NCBI GenBank assembly: GCA_963815115.1
Contig: CAWFFN010000005.1
Span: 1,664,001-1,728,000, forward strand
Direction of reading: 5' to 3'
From: an uncultured delta proteobacterium
GTDB lineage: Bacteria; Desulfobacterota; Binatia; DP-6
DNA length: 64,000 nt
Under the pieces are notes generated by a model. The model searched no databases and was not told the origin of the DNA. It was given only the letters and a program-made list of their open reading frames with translations. Position numbers and translations under genes: made by a program. Shown here one piece after another: positions 38,920 through 49,133 of the stretch (position 1 is its first letter; every line of letters starts with the position of its first letter).

Positions 38920-41460
38920 TCAGGCGAGCAGGACCGAGCGCAACGCGTGGCGCGGCACGTCGAACCGGACCACGCCGCCGACGAGTGTCACGGCATCCGG
39001 CGCGGGCTCCTCGTCGAGCCGCACGGCGCTGGCCGATCGGACCGGAAAGCCCGGTCGTAGCACCGCGGTCTGCGCAGCGTCGGTCGGGTTCAGCAGCCGG
39101 ACGACGATGCCGTCGCCGTCCTCGGCGGGCTTGAGCGCGGACAGCACGAGAGAGGAGGGCTCCACCGCCAGGAGCGACTGGCCCGCGGGAAGCAGCGGCT
39201 CCGGACCGGCGAGCAATCCCCACAAGCCCAGCTCCGCGTCGCGGGCGGCGACCGGATCGGCGCCTCCGAGCAGCGACAGCCGGGCTTCGAGCGGACCGAG
39301 CACCTGTGCGCCCGGGATGGGCATGACCGGACCGGCGGGCACCGGCCGGCTCCGCAGATCGAAGCGCGCGAGCCATCCGATGGCACGGAGCAGGGTGATG
39401 GCGATGGTGCCGTCGGCGGTCACTTCCGCCTCCGGGAGCCCGGGGGCCACGACCGTCAGCCCGTTGGCGCTCACCCAGCCGTGGTGGGCGAAGGTATCGG
39501 GCGCGGCGTGCATCCAGCCGGCGTCGTCGGGTCGCGCCGTCGTGCGCGCCGCGACGTCGAACGTCGTGGCGGCATGGAACGCGGTCACCGGCCGGCCGGT
39601 CGGGAAGAGCAGCCGCAGCCGATGATCGCCCGCCGGATTGTCGACGCGCACGGTGAGGTCGACGCGCGGCACGCCGGGCGCGACGCGGGCCTCGCACCAC
39701 AGCGTGAGCAGGGCGCGCTCGGTGCGGCGCCGGGTGCGGCTCTGATCGAGCCCGCGGGGCAGCATGAAGGTGCGCGCGATCTCGATCCCGGCGAGCCCGG
39801 CGGGATGGCGCCATCGCCGCCGGGACGCCGAGACGAGATGGATGCCCTGATCGCGATCGACGGGATCGAAATCGTAGCTGTCGCCCCGGTCGCCCCGGTC
39901 CTCGACCGCGAGGAGGCCGCGGTACTCGGCGTCGCCCAGGCGCACGTCGAGGCTGCCGTCGTCGGCGACGTGCACGTGGACGCCCCGGCAGTCGATCTCG
40001 CGCCCCTCGTCGATGTGATGCGCCGCCGGCTGCGCCGACGTCAGGTGCAGGCGGCGGCAGCCGAAGGCCGGGATGTCCGCGACCACCAGCTCGAGGTCGA
40101 GCGGCTCCCGATCGGGGAGCCAGCGCGGCCGAGCCGGATCGTTCGATTGCACCACGCGCGCCGGCCGGCCGTCGATCTCGAAGCCCATGCCCTCCGCGGC
40201 GGCCACGGCGAGCGGCGGGAACTCCGGCAGCCCGAGCGGCAGCAGGAGCGCGGGGTAGGGGTCGAGCGGCACGCGCACCACGTCGGTGCGCCGGTGCGGC
40301 GACGGGTTGAAGACCGCGATCTCCTGCTCGACCGTCCACGGCGTGCGGCGCTCGACGCCGAGCCCGGCGAGCCGGCCGAGGAGCCGCGCCACGGTCTCGT
40401 GGGCCAGTCCTTCCACCTCCGCGAGCCTGGTGGTGACGTCGCCGGCGACGGCGTCGAGGGAGCAGCCACAGAGCGAGTCGTGAGCCTGGCTCTCCAGCAG
40501 CCGCCGCCAGGCGCGTCGCAGAGCGGGACGCTCGTCGGGAGCCGCGAGGTGACGCGCGAGCGCGGCCCACGGCTCCGCCCAGCCCTCCAGCAGGGTCTCG
40601 CAGCGCCGGTTGCCCAGCTTGATCGGCATGCGCGTCGACCACACCCCCGGCAGGAGATTCGCCAGGCGCGCGCCGCCGAGCTCGCCTCGCACCTCCGGGA
40701 GGTCTTCTCGCGGCGGTGCCACCCCGTCGTCGAGCAGGCCTCGATCCACCGGGATCCCCGTGAGACGCGCGAGCGCCTCGGCGACCGCTCCCGCGTGCCC
40801 GTCGGGGAGCATGTGGTCGAAGCCGTTCAGGAGGAGCACCGGCGCGTCGCCGTCCTCGCGTCGAGCCACGACCTCCGCCAGCCGCCGCGCCGCCTCCTCC
40901 ACGTCCCGCGGCAGGCAGGCGGCGTCGAAGTACCCGTCGCGGAGCACCGTCGCGGTGACGGCGCTGCCGTCGGGCGCGACCCAGCGATACGCGGTCCCGA
41001 TGCGGTCGATCTCGTTGCCGCTGCCGCGCCAGTGGACGAAGGCGGTGATGCCGAAGCCGGCGAAGAGCTGTGGCAGCTGCGCGGGGTGCCCGAAGGAATC
41101 GGGCACGTAGCCGATGCGCGACACCGGGCCGAAGGACGCCGCGGCGCGTCGGCCGTGGAGCAGATTGCGGACGTGCGCCTCGCCCGAGGGCAGCAGCGAG
41201 TCGGGCTGCACGTACCACGGCCCGACCGCCAGGCGTCCCTCGGCGATGCCGCGCACCAGCTCGTCGCGCCGCGCGGGACGAACAGCGAGATAGTCTTCCA
41301 GCAGCACGCTCTGGCCGTCGAGCAGGAAGTGGAACCCCGGATCCAGGGCGAGCAGGTCGAGGACCCGGTCGACCGCGTCGACGAGTCGTGCGCGGTAGGA
41401 CTCGAAGGTGCGGTACCACTCGCGGTCCCAGTGGAAGTGTGAGACGAGCACGCACCGCAC
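38920..41460 (-). CDS. GH38 alpha-mannosidase family (MngB-like)
   Basis: HFHWDREWY, LLDGQ, GPWYVQPD, PDSFGH, NGFDH, QAHDSLCGCS. Confidence 0.9.
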   Translation of the reverse strand: MRCVLVSHFHWDREWYRTFESYRARLVDAVDRVLDLLALDPGFHFLLDGQSVLLEDYLAVRPARRDELVRGIAEGRLAVGPWYVQPDSLLPSGEAHVRNLLHGRRAAASFGPVSRIGYVPDSFGHPAQLPQLFAGFGITAFVHWRGSGNEIDRIGTAYRWVAPDGSAVTATVLRDGYFDAACLPRDVEEAARRLAEVVARREDGDAPVLLLNGFDHMLPDGHAGAVAEALARLTGIPVDRGLLDDGVAPPREDLPEVRGELGGARLANLLPGVWSTRMPIKLGNRRCETLLEGWAEPWAALARHLAAPDERPALRRAWRRLLESQAHDSLCGCSLDAVAGDVTTRLAEVEGLAHETVARLLGRLAGLGVERRTPWTVEQEIAVFNPSPHRRTDVVRVPLDPYPALLLPLGLPEFPPLAVAAAEGMGFEIDGRPARVVQSNDPARPRWLPDREPLDLELVVADIPAFGCRRLHLTSAQPAAHHIDEGREIDCRGVHVHVADDGSLDVRLGDAEYRGLLAVEDRGDRGDSYDFDPVDRDQGIHLVSASRRRWRHPAGLAGIEIARTFMLPRGLDQSRTRRRTERALLTLWCEARVAPGVPRVDLTVRVDNPAGDHRLRLLFPTGRPVTAFHAATTFDVAARTTARPDDAGWMHAAPDTFAHHGWVSANGLTVVAPGLPEAEVTADGTIAITLLRAIGWLARFDLRSRPVPAGPVMPIPGAQVLGPLEARLSLLGGADPVAARDAELGLWGLLAGPEPLLPAGQSLLAVEPSSLVLSALKPAEDGDGIVVRLLNPTDAAQTAVLRPGFPVRSASAVRLDEEPAPDAVTLVGGVVRFDVPRHALRSVLLA

Positions 41461-41602
41461 ACCCTGACCTTCCCCGGGCCGCTTCCCGTGGTCAAGCCAG
41501 GTCGGCGATCATGCGAAGTGCTCCGTCACCCGCCGGGATGCCCGGCCGGCGCCCGGTGCCGGGGTTGGGCGGCCAGCCCAACATACGGTAAATACGATAC
41601 CG

Positions 41603-43048
41603 ATGAAGCTCGCAGCCAAGCTGTTGCTCAGCCTCGCGGGGCTCGCGCTGGTGGCCATCGCGATTACGGGGTGGGTCGAGCACCGGCGGCGCGCCGAGCT
41701 CCTCGCCCTCGACATCGATCAGGACCAGCGGATCGGCCACGTCCTGCAGGAGAGCATCTCCGCCCTGTGCGCGGACGCCGGCGTCGACGTCTGCCGGGGG
41801 TTCGTCGAATCCCTCAACGAGGCCGCGCCGCTACGGGACGTCCAGTGGCTCTGGCTGCGTGACATTTCCGACCCGGAGCTGCGGCACGACATCGAAGCCG
41901 TGGATCCGCACGACCCCGACCTCGGCCGGCGGGTGGTGTGGCGCATCCGGACCGAGGAGCCCGGGAAGGAGGTCCGCTACCTCTACGCCCCGCTGAGGCT
42001 CGCGGGAGCGTCCCCGGCGGTCATCGAGATCTCGGAATCGCTCGCGCCGCACTACGCGTTCATCCGGCGCACCGACATGCACACCGCTGCCCTCGGAGCA
42101 ACGGTTCTGTTCCTGAGCAGCGCCCTGGCCGTGATCCTCGGCGCCTGGCTCATCGGCCGGCCGGTGCACTTGCTCACCGACACGGTGCGCGCACTCGGGA
42201 ACGGCGGGCCCGTGCCGCACGTGGTCCTCAGCGGCCGCGACGAGCTCGCCGATCTGGCGACCGAGCTGAACGCCGTCGGTGTGCGCCTCGCCGCACGGGA
42301 GCGATTGCAGCACGCCGACCGGCTGCGGACGATCGGGCATCTCGCCTCTGGCGTGGCCCACGAGCTCGGGACGCCGCTCAGCGTGATCGGCGTGCGCGCC
42401 CGGTTGATCGCCACCGGCGAGGCGGCCGGCGCCGAGGCGGAGGAGAACGCGAAGGTCATCCTGGACCAGTCCTCGCGCATGACGACGCTCGTTCGCCAGC
42501 TGCTGGATTACTCCCGCCGGCAGGGGGCGCAGATGGGTCTCGTCGACCTCCGCCAGGTGGTGACCGGCGCCCTCGGTATCCTCGAGCCGCTGGCCGACCA
42601 GCACGACGTGCGCCTCGAGGCCGACCTGCCCGAGCACGCGCTCTTCGTGCGCGCGGACCAGACGCAGCTTCAGCAGGTCGTGACCAACGTCGCGATGAAC
42701 GGCATCCAGGCGATGCCACGCGGGGGACGGCTGAGGGTCGAGCTCGGGCGGGGCCCCGGGGAGAACCCGGCGTCGCACGGCGGGCGGCCGGCCGAGTCGT
42801 ACTGGGTCCGGGTGACCGACGAGGGGCCGGGCATCGCGCCCGAGCACCTGGCGCACGTCTTCGATCCGTTCTTCACGACCAAGCCGGTGGGCGAGGGAAC
42901 GGGCCTCGGCCTCGCCGTGGTGACCGCCATCCTGCAGGAGCACGGCGGCTGGGTGACGGTGGCGAACGAGCCGGGACGAGGGGCGTCGTTCACCGTCTTT
43001 CTTCCGCCGGGGCGTGAAGAGGCCTTGCTCGAGAGGCTCGCGTCGTGA
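41603..43048 (+). CDS. Sensor histidine kinase (HAMP-HisKA-HATPase)
   Basis: Two TM helices, AHELGTPL, N box, DEGPG, FDPFFTTK, GTGLGL. Confidence 0.92.
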   Translation: MKLAAKLLLSLAGLALVAIAITGWVEHRRRAELLALDIDQDQRIGHVLQESISALCADAGVDVCRGFVESLNEAAPLRDVQWLWLRDISDPELRHDIEAVDPHDPDLGRRVVWRIRTEEPGKEVRYLYAPLRLAGASPAVIEISESLAPHYAFIRRTDMHTAALGATVLFLSSALAVILGAWLIGRPVHLLTDTVRALGNGGPVPHVVLSGRDELADLATELNAVGVRLAARERLQHADRLRTIGHLASGVAHELGTPLSVIGVRARLIATGEAAGAEAEENAKVILDQSSRMTTLVRQLLDYSRRQGAQMGLVDLRQVVTGALGILEPLADQHDVRLEADLPEHALFVRADQTQLQQVVTNVAMNGIQAMPRGGRLRVELGRGPGENPASHGGRPAESYWVRVTDEGPGIAPEHLAHVFDPFFTTKPVGEGTGLGLAVVTAILQEHGGWVTVANEPGRGASFTVFLPPGREEALLERLAS

Positions 43049-44418
43049 CCGGCCGCGTGCTGCTCGTCGACGACGACCGCAGCATGTGCGAGACGCTGGA
43101 CACGGCGCTCGGCAAGCGAGGCTTCTCGGTCACCTGGCGCACCGCCGCCGCGGAGGCGCTGCACGTCCTGCGCGACGACGACGTCGACGTGGTGGTCACC
43201 GATCTGCGCCTGGGGGGGATGAACGGCCTCGAGCTGTGCGAGCAGATCGTCGGCAGCCGCCCCGATGTGCCTGCCATCGTGATCACGGCCTTCGGCACGC
43301 TCGAGACGGCGATTGCCGCCATCCGCGCGGGGGCCTACGACTTCATCACCAAGCCGATCGAGATCGACGCCCTCGTCGTCGCGCTCGAGCGCGCCGTCCA
43401 GCACCGCCGGCTGCGCGAGGAGGTGCAGCAGCTCCGCCGCGTCGTCGAGGAGTCGACCCGCTTCGGGAACCTGATCGGCACGAGCGCGGCGATGTCGGCC
43501 ATCTACGACCTGCTCGGACGCATCGCCGACTCGAGCGCCACGGTGCTCATCACCGGAGAGAGCGGCACCGGCAAAGAGGTCGCCGCCCGCGCCCTGCACG
43601 AGCGCGGTCCGCGCAAGGGCAAGCCGTTCGTGGCGCTCAACTGCTCGGCGGTCCCCGAGGCGCTGCTGGAGAGCGAGCTCTTCGGCCATGCCCGCGGCGC
43701 CTTCACCGATGCCCGCGCCTCGCGCGCAGGACTTCTCCTGCAGGCGCACGGCGGCACGATGCTGCTCGACGAGATCGGCGACATGCCCCTCGCGCTCCAA
43801 CCCAAGCTCCTGCGCGCGCTCCAGGAGCGCACGCTGCGTCCGGTGGGCGGCGACGAGGAGCAGTCCTTCGACGTGCGCGTGATCGCCACCACCAACCGCG
43901 ATCTGCGCTCGCTCGTCGAGGAGAACCGCTTCCGTGAGGATCTCTACTTCCGCATCAACGTGATCCACGTCGAGCTGCCGCCGCTGCGCGCCCGAGGCGG
44001 TGACGTGTTGCCGCTGGCCCAGCACTTCCTGGACGTGCACGCGGCGCGGGCGCGCAAGCGGGTGACCGGCCTCGCCCCCGCTGCGGCCGAAAAGCTCCTC
44101 GCCTACAGCTGGCCGGGCAACGTGCGCGAGCTCCAGAACTGCATCGAGCGCGCCATCGCGCTCACCCAGCACGCCCAGATCACGGTGGCGGACCTGCCGG
44201 ACACGGTCCGGGCGTACAAGCGCTCGCACCTGCTGATCGCCACCGACGATCCCTCGGAGCTGGTCCCGCTCGCCGAGATCGAGCGGCGCTACGTGCTGCG
44301 GGTCCTGGAGTCCGTCGGCGGCAACAAGACGCTGGCGGCGCACACGCTCGGCGTCACCCGCAAGACCCTCTATCGCAAGCTCGAGGAGTACGGCGCCTCC
44401 GAGGCGAAGGAGACGTAG
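43045..44418 (+). CDS. Sigma-54-dependent response regulator (NtrC/AtoC family)
   Basis: REC domain, GESGTGKE, ESELFGH, GAFTDA, WPGNVREL, Fis-type HTH. Confidence 0.93.
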   Translation: MTGRVLLVDDDRSMCETLDTALGKRGFSVTWRTAAAEALHVLRDDDVDVVVTDLRLGGMNGLELCEQIVGSRPDVPAIVITAFGTLETAIAAIRAGAYDFITKPIEIDALVVALERAVQHRRLREEVQQLRRVVEESTRFGNLIGTSAAMSAIYDLLGRIADSSATVLITGESGTGKEVAARALHERGPRKGKPFVALNCSAVPEALLESELFGHARGAFTDARASRAGLLLQAHGGTMLLDEIGDMPLALQPKLLRALQERTLRPVGGDEEQSFDVRVIATTNRDLRSLVEENRFREDLYFRINVIHVELPPLRARGGDVLPLAQHFLDVHAARARKRVTGLAPAAAEKLLAYSWPGNVRELQNCIERAIALTQHAQITVADLPDTVRAYKRSHLLIATDDPSELVPLAEIERRYVLRVLESVGGNKTLAAHTLGVTRKTLYRKLEEYGASEAKET

Positions 44419-44430
44419 CCCTCCGAGGAC

Positions 44431-45081
44431 TCAGCCGGCCGAGCCGATCGTCGCGGCCAGCGGGTGCAGGCTGCCCGCCGCACTCGGCCGCGCGCCGACA
44501 CGGTCGAACCAGGCGGACACGTTCGAGAGCTCGGCGGCGAGCGGCTGGCCGACCCCGCGGCCGAAGTCGACGGCGCAGTACAGGATGATGTCGGCGATCG
44601 TGAAGCGCGAGCCCGCGATCCAGGGCTTGCCGGCCATCTGCGGCTCGAGCCAGGCGAGGTTGTCCTGCACGGTCGCCTTGAGGCCCGCGGCTGCCTCGGG
44701 CAGGACGCGGAGGCGCGGGCGGAAGAGCTCGATCCCCTCGGCGAAGCGGAAGCCGTTGTAGAGGTGCTCCGTGATGCGGAGCTCGACCCGCCGCTGCCAG
44801 CAGCGCGTGTCGGCGCGCTCCTCGGGCGTGGAGCCGACGAGCGGCGGCTTCGGGAACCGCTCCTCGAGATACTCGAAGATGGCGACCGTCTCCCCGATGA
44901 CGCGGCCGTCGTCCAGCTCGAGGGCCGGCAGCTGTCCGCCCGGGTTGCGATCGGTGTAGGGCGGTCGGCGGTTCTCCATCCCCAGCAGGTCGATCTCCAG
45001 CCTGGGAAGCTCGACGTCCTTCTCGAGGAGAAACATCCGGAGCGCCCGGGGGTTCGGGCCGAAGGAGTCGTAGATCTTCAT
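44431..45081 (-). CDS. Glutathione S-transferase
   Basis: GPNPR, NPGGQLPALELDDG, ETVAI, FTIADI. Confidence 0.88.
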   Translation of the reverse strand: MKIYDSFGPNPRALRMFLLEKDVELPRLEIDLLGMENRRPPYTDRNPGGQLPALELDDGRVIGETVAIFEYLEERFPKPPLVGSTPEERADTRCWQRRVELRITEHLYNGFRFAEGIELFRPRLRVLPEAAAGLKATVQDNLAWLEPQMAGKPWIAGSRFTIADIILYCAVDFGRGVGQPLAAELSNVSAWFDRVGARPSAAGSLHPLAATIGSAG

Positions 45082-45337
45082 CGCCGGGCGTAGGTATACC
45101 CTGGGACACGGGTAGGGAAGCGGCTCCGGCCCGTGGCTGCGGGGGGAGTGCGGGAAGTGCACGCGGGGCTGCGGAGGTGGGGACCAACCGGGGGCGGGTA
45201 ACGTTTCTACCTCCGTTTCCTTGCTACCCGTGTTTCCTTGCGATACGGCGCCTCAAGTATCCGGTTCTCCAAGGCTTTTGCCGGGATCCCCGGTGCTGAT
45301 CCGCCCCCTCCGGAACGCCCCGAGAGCCGGACGAGCG

Positions 45338-45374
45338 CGAAAAGTCGACACTTTTCGTCGGCATGCGGCGTGCA
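45338..45374 (+). promoter_or_regulatory. Candidate sigma-54 promoter with adjacent palindrome
   Basis: CGGCATGCGGCGTGCA (GG-N10-GC at 45360-45373), preceded by CGAAAAGT-cgac-ACTTTTCG. Confidence 0.5.
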
Positions 45375-45543
45375 GCAGTGAGGTCGTGCAGCGAGCGTCG
45401 GTGGCGACTCCACGGCAAGCCACCTCGCGGTTCACGGCCCGCATCCCACCCCACCATCGGTCGTCGCTTCCCCAGCGCGACCGGGCCGGGAGCGCCGCCG
45501 ACCTCGCCGCAAGCCACTCGCACATAGCTGTTTTGGAGGGAGA

Positions 45544-45735
45544 ATGACCGAGATGAACGAAGCCTGGGTCCAGCTTGCCACGCGCATCCCGCGGCGGCTG
45601 CACCGGGAGATGAAGCTGCACTGCGTCGCGCGCGAGGTCTCGTTGATGGCCTTCGTCGTCGACGCGCTGCGCGAGAAGCTGCAGTCCGCGGGCGAGGGAG
45701 CCACCGGCACCCGTCGCGGCCGCCACGCTTCCTAG
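45544..45735 (+). CDS. Small ribbon-helix-helix DNA-binding protein
   Basis: GGAGG RBS; [18 protein letters not shown]...[14 protein letters not shown]. Confidence 0.75.
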   Translation: MTEMNEAWVQLATRIPRRLHREMKLHCVAREVSLMAFVVDALREKLQSAGEGATGTRRGRHAS

Positions 45736-45842
45736 GGGAACACGGAACGGGGAGGCGGGCCCATGTGGGCCCGCCATCGGCGGCGCTTCGGGAGCCCGGT
45801 AGCCACCGAGAGAGACAACGAGGCTCCCGCGGGGGATCTGTC

Positions 45843-47270
45843 GTGTATCTTGGCAACGATGTGCTCGGGCCGCGCCGCGTCGCCGCGGCCCGGTCAGCGG
45901 TCGCGCAGACCAGCGTGGAGGCGGGCGAGAATCGGCGTTCTGCCGCGAAGCCGGATGCGGAACGTTTCTACCTGCGGCAGATCGCTCGCTCGACGCTGCT
46001 CACGCGCGAGGGTGAGGTGGCGCTGGGCACGCAGATCGAGGAGGGCGAGCGGGAGATCGCTGCCTCCGTCCTCGCGTCCGCACTCGGGGTCCGCCACGTT
46101 CTCGAGTTCGACGCCCGCCTGCAGGCCGGGGACCTGCGGGCGCGCGACCTCGTGCGGCCCGGGGCCGACGAGCGTGACGAAGAGGAGACCGTTCGTCGTC
46201 GCCTGCTCGCCGCACTCACCCGCGTGCGAGCGCTGGCGGGAGCGCGGGGCCGGAGCGTCCGCGACGATTCGCGCTTGCACGCCGCGCTGCTCGCGCTCGA
46301 CCTGGGACCACGACCGATCGAGGAGATCGTGCGCCAGCTGGCCGCGCTCGTCGCGCGCCAGCAGGAGCTCCGCGCCCGGCTCACGGGGCTGCGCGGCGCC
46401 TCCGATTCCGATTCCGTTCGTGCCGTGCGCGACGCTCGCCGGGAGCTCGTTCTGCTCCAGCGCGAGGCCGGGATGCCCCCGGTCGCCTGCGAGCGGGCCC
46501 TGCGCGCCGTTCGTGAGGCACGGCAGCGTGTCGAGACGGCCAAGCGCGTCCTGATCGAGTCCAACCTGCGGCTGGTCGCCGCCATCGCCCGCCGCTATCG
46601 CAACCGCGGGCTCGAGCTTGCGGACCTGATCCAGGAGGGCAACCTGGGCCTGATGCGCGCGGTGGAGCGCTTCGACTACCGGCGCGGGTATCGCTTCTCG
46701 ACCTGCGCGAAGTGGTGGATCCGCAAGGCCATCACGTACGCCATCGCCGACCGCGCGCGCACCATCCGCATCCCGGTCGACGTGGTCGCGGCGCTCGACA
46801 AGACGAAGCTGACCGCGCGGCGCCTGACCCATCAGCTCGGCCGCGAACCCACGGCCGAGGAGCTCGCGGAGCGCCTGCGCATCCCGCCCGAGCGGGTCGA
46901 GCGCCTGCTGCGCCTGGGGGCCGCCGTGGCGCGCGACCCCATCTCGTTCGAGACCGCCGCGGGCGACGACGACGACCGCACGCTCGGCGAGACGATCGAG
47001 GACCTCGCGGCCGAGGATCCGGCCGACGTGGTCGTCGCCCGCCGGATGCGTCACGAGGCGCGCGTCGCCCTGGCCCAGCTCGAGCCGCGCGAGCTGCGCG
47101 TCCTCCGGATGCGCTTCGGCATCGGCGAGCGCTGGGATCACACCCTGGAGGAGATCGGGGGCAGCCTCTCCGTCACGCGGGAGCGCGTGCGCCAGATCGA
47201 GGCCAGGGCCCTCGCGAAGCTGCGTCAGTCTCCCGCCGTCGACACGCTCCGCTCCTGCTACGACGCTTGA
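45843..47270 (+). CDS. RpoD/RpoS-family sigma-70 factor lacking region 1.1 (start approximate)
   Basis: [48 protein letters not shown]...[10 protein letters not shown]. Confidence 0.88.
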   Translation: MYLGNDVLGPRRVAAARSAVAQTSVEAGENRRSAAKPDAERFYLRQIARSTLLTREGEVALGTQIEEGEREIAASVLASALGVRHVLEFDARLQAGDLRARDLVRPGADERDEEETVRRRLLAALTRVRALAGARGRSVRDDSRLHAALLALDLGPRPIEEIVRQLAALVARQQELRARLTGLRGASDSDSVRAVRDARRELVLLQREAGMPPVACERALRAVREARQRVETAKRVLIESNLRLVAAIARRYRNRGLELADLIQEGNLGLMRAVERFDYRRGYRFSTCAKWWIRKAITYAIADRARTIRIPVDVVAALDKTKLTARRLTHQLGREPTAEELAERLRIPPERVERLLRLGAAVARDPISFETAAGDDDDRTLGETIEDLAAEDPADVVVARRMRHEARVALAQLEPRELRVLRMRFGIGERWDHTLEEIGGSLSVTRERVRQIEARALAKLRQSPAVDTLRSCYDA

Positions 47271-47283
47271 GCCGCGCGACCCG

Positions 47284-48702
47284 TCACGACATCGGCTCGC
47301 CCAGCAGTCCCGAGCTGAAGGTCCAGTCGATGTCGTAGGTGACCTGGAAGGCGAACAGGTCGGCGGCCGATTGGAAGTTGCCGATCAGCTTGGCGCCCGT
47401 GATCGGGTCCGGGTTCCTGGTGGAGACTTGCGGCGAGAAGATGTGGGCATACGAGGCGTCGATGCGCAGCCGCGTCGTCGGCCGGTAGCCGACCCCGAAG
47501 GCGAGCCAGATACGATCGCCGTCGGGGATGCGCGCCGTGCGGTGCTCGCGGTCCGGGACCCCGGTGAAGTCGTACGCCGTCCCGAACCGCCCGGTCCACA
47601 CCTTGCTGGGAGTCCACACCACGCCGAGACCGTAGCGCTCGCTGTTGTTCCAGTCCTCGGGCTCGGTCACCGACGGCTGCTTCGGGTTCGCGAAGTTGAA
47701 CTCGAGTTGCTTGAACAGCGACCAGTGCGTCCAGGTGAAGTCGGCGAGGAACGCCCAGTCGTCGAAGACCTGTTGGTAGAGCGAGATCGACGCCCGATCG
47801 GGCAAGGTGGCGGTCACCGAGAGCGGCGTGTTGACGAGTGCGCCCGAGAGCTTCTGGAGAGACTGGGCCTTCTTCGGGATGCGGAAGTCCGCGTCGCCCT
47901 CGACGGTGTGCTCCATCCGCGACCGGTAGGTGAGGCCGATGCGCGTGCTCGACGTCGGCCGCAAGAGGGCGCCGAAGTTGTATCCCGCCGCCCAGCTGTT
48001 GCCCTTCAAGCTGACGTAGCCGTCGACCTTCTGGGGCTGGAGGCCGAGGAGCGAGGTGCACGCGGAAGGCGGCAGGCCCGCCTGGCCGCCGAGAATCTGG
48101 CAGATGGAGCCCATGTCGAGGTTGTTGGTCAGCGTCGCGTTGAGATACTCGGCGTTGGCGCCGCCCCCGAGGGAGAGCCAGTCGGTCACGCGCACGGCGA
48201 GCGAGGGGTTGAAGTTGAACGTCTGGAGCTGTGAGAAACGGGCGTGATAGCGGCCGACCCACCCGCGCGGCCAGCCCGTCTGCAGGCCGAACGGCGTGCT
48301 GATGCCGAGGCCGAGACCGACCCGGTCGGTGAGGCGGTGGGAGATGAAGAAGCTGGAAAGGGGCTGCGCGTTGCCGGCGTCGCCGCCGTTGCCCCCGGTC
48401 AGCGGCGCGCCGCCGACGGCTTCACTCAGGTGCGAGCCGCGGTTCTCGAAGGACGACCGCGTCCATACGAGGAATCCGGAGGTGGCGATCTGCGTACCCT
48501 CGAGGAGGGTGAGGCCGGCCGGGTTGTAGAAGATGGTGCTGGCGTCGGCGGCGATGGCTCCCTCTCCGGCGTAGGCACTTCCCAGGGCGCGGCCGCTCTG
48601 CTCCAGGAGCAGGAAGCCGGAGGCATGGGCCCCGGGCGGCGCGGCCAGGCCGACGAGCAGCACGGCGAGCGACCAGGCGACTGCGGCGAGCATCCGAGCC
48701 AT
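47284..48702 (-). CDS. FadL/OmpP1 outer-membrane long-chain fatty acid transporter
   Basis: Signal AHA|[28 protein letters not shown]. Confidence 0.88.
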   Translation of the reverse strand: MARMLAAVAWSLAVLLVGLAAPPGAHASGFLLLEQSGRALGSAYAGEGAIAADASTIFYNPAGLTLLEGTQIATSGFLVWTRSSFENRGSHLSEAVGGAPLTGGNGGDAGNAQPLSSFFISHRLTDRVGLGLGISTPFGLQTGWPRGWVGRYHARFSQLQTFNFNPSLAVRVTDWLSLGGGANAEYLNATLTNNLDMGSICQILGGQAGLPPSACTSLLGLQPQKVDGYVSLKGNSWAAGYNFGALLRPTSSTRIGLTYRSRMEHTVEGDADFRIPKKAQSLQKLSGALVNTPLSVTATLPDRASISLYQQVFDDWAFLADFTWTHWSLFKQLEFNFANPKQPSVTEPEDWNNSERYGLGVVWTPSKVWTGRFGTAYDFTGVPDREHRTARIPDGDRIWLAFGVGYRPTTRLRIDASYAHIFSPQVSTRNPDPITGAKLIGNFQSAADLFAFQVTYDIDWTFSSGLLGEPMS

Positions 48703-48743
48703 CGTGATCCTCCTCCCCCCCGGGGCGCGGTCGCCCCGCGGCG

Positions 48744-49133
48744 TCAACGCAGCGCGAGACTGTAGGTCAGCACGAGCAGCACGAAAGCGGTGAACCCGGT
48801 GTACTTCCAGTCGTGTTCCACGAAGGCGAAGAAGAGCATCGAGGCGAGCACGCGCAGGTACGGCGTGAGCAGCAGCGCGACGATCCCCAGGCTGACGAGG
48901 AGCCGCGGGCGGATGGCGCCCCGCGCGAAGGCCCGCAGATCGGCCCCGAGTAGCTGGACGACGTCGTGGCCCGCGAGGGTCTGGTCGAGCATCGTGGTCC
49001 CCGTGGCCAGCCGGTGCCATATCAGCCCGGTGATGATCAAGCCGAGGCTCGTCAGCACGCCGCCCAGGAGAAGCGCGCCGACGAGGGCGTCCATCTGATC
49101 GGCTGCCGCGGCCGTCGCACGCGTGCCGGTCAT
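48744..49133 (-). CDS. DUF1634 membrane protein
   Basis: LGIVALLLTPYLRV...DWKY; typical partner of the upstream TauE gene. Confidence 0.75.
   Translation of the reverse strand: MTGTRATAAAADQMDALVGALLLGGVLTSLGLIITGLIWHRLATGTTMLDQTLAGHDVVQLLGADLRAFARGAIRPRLLVSLGIVALLLTPYLRVLASMLFFAFVEHDWKYTGFTAFVLLVLTYSLALR

Noticed and set aside
38345-41455. 1036-aa alternative minus-strand ORF and similar overlapping ORFs across the window
   Set aside because: Off-frame shadows of well-supported genes; stop codons are scarce at this GC content
45850-45866. TGGCAAC...TGC sigma-54-like element
   Set aside because: GG-GC spacing is 9, not 10, and it lies at or inside the sigma gene start
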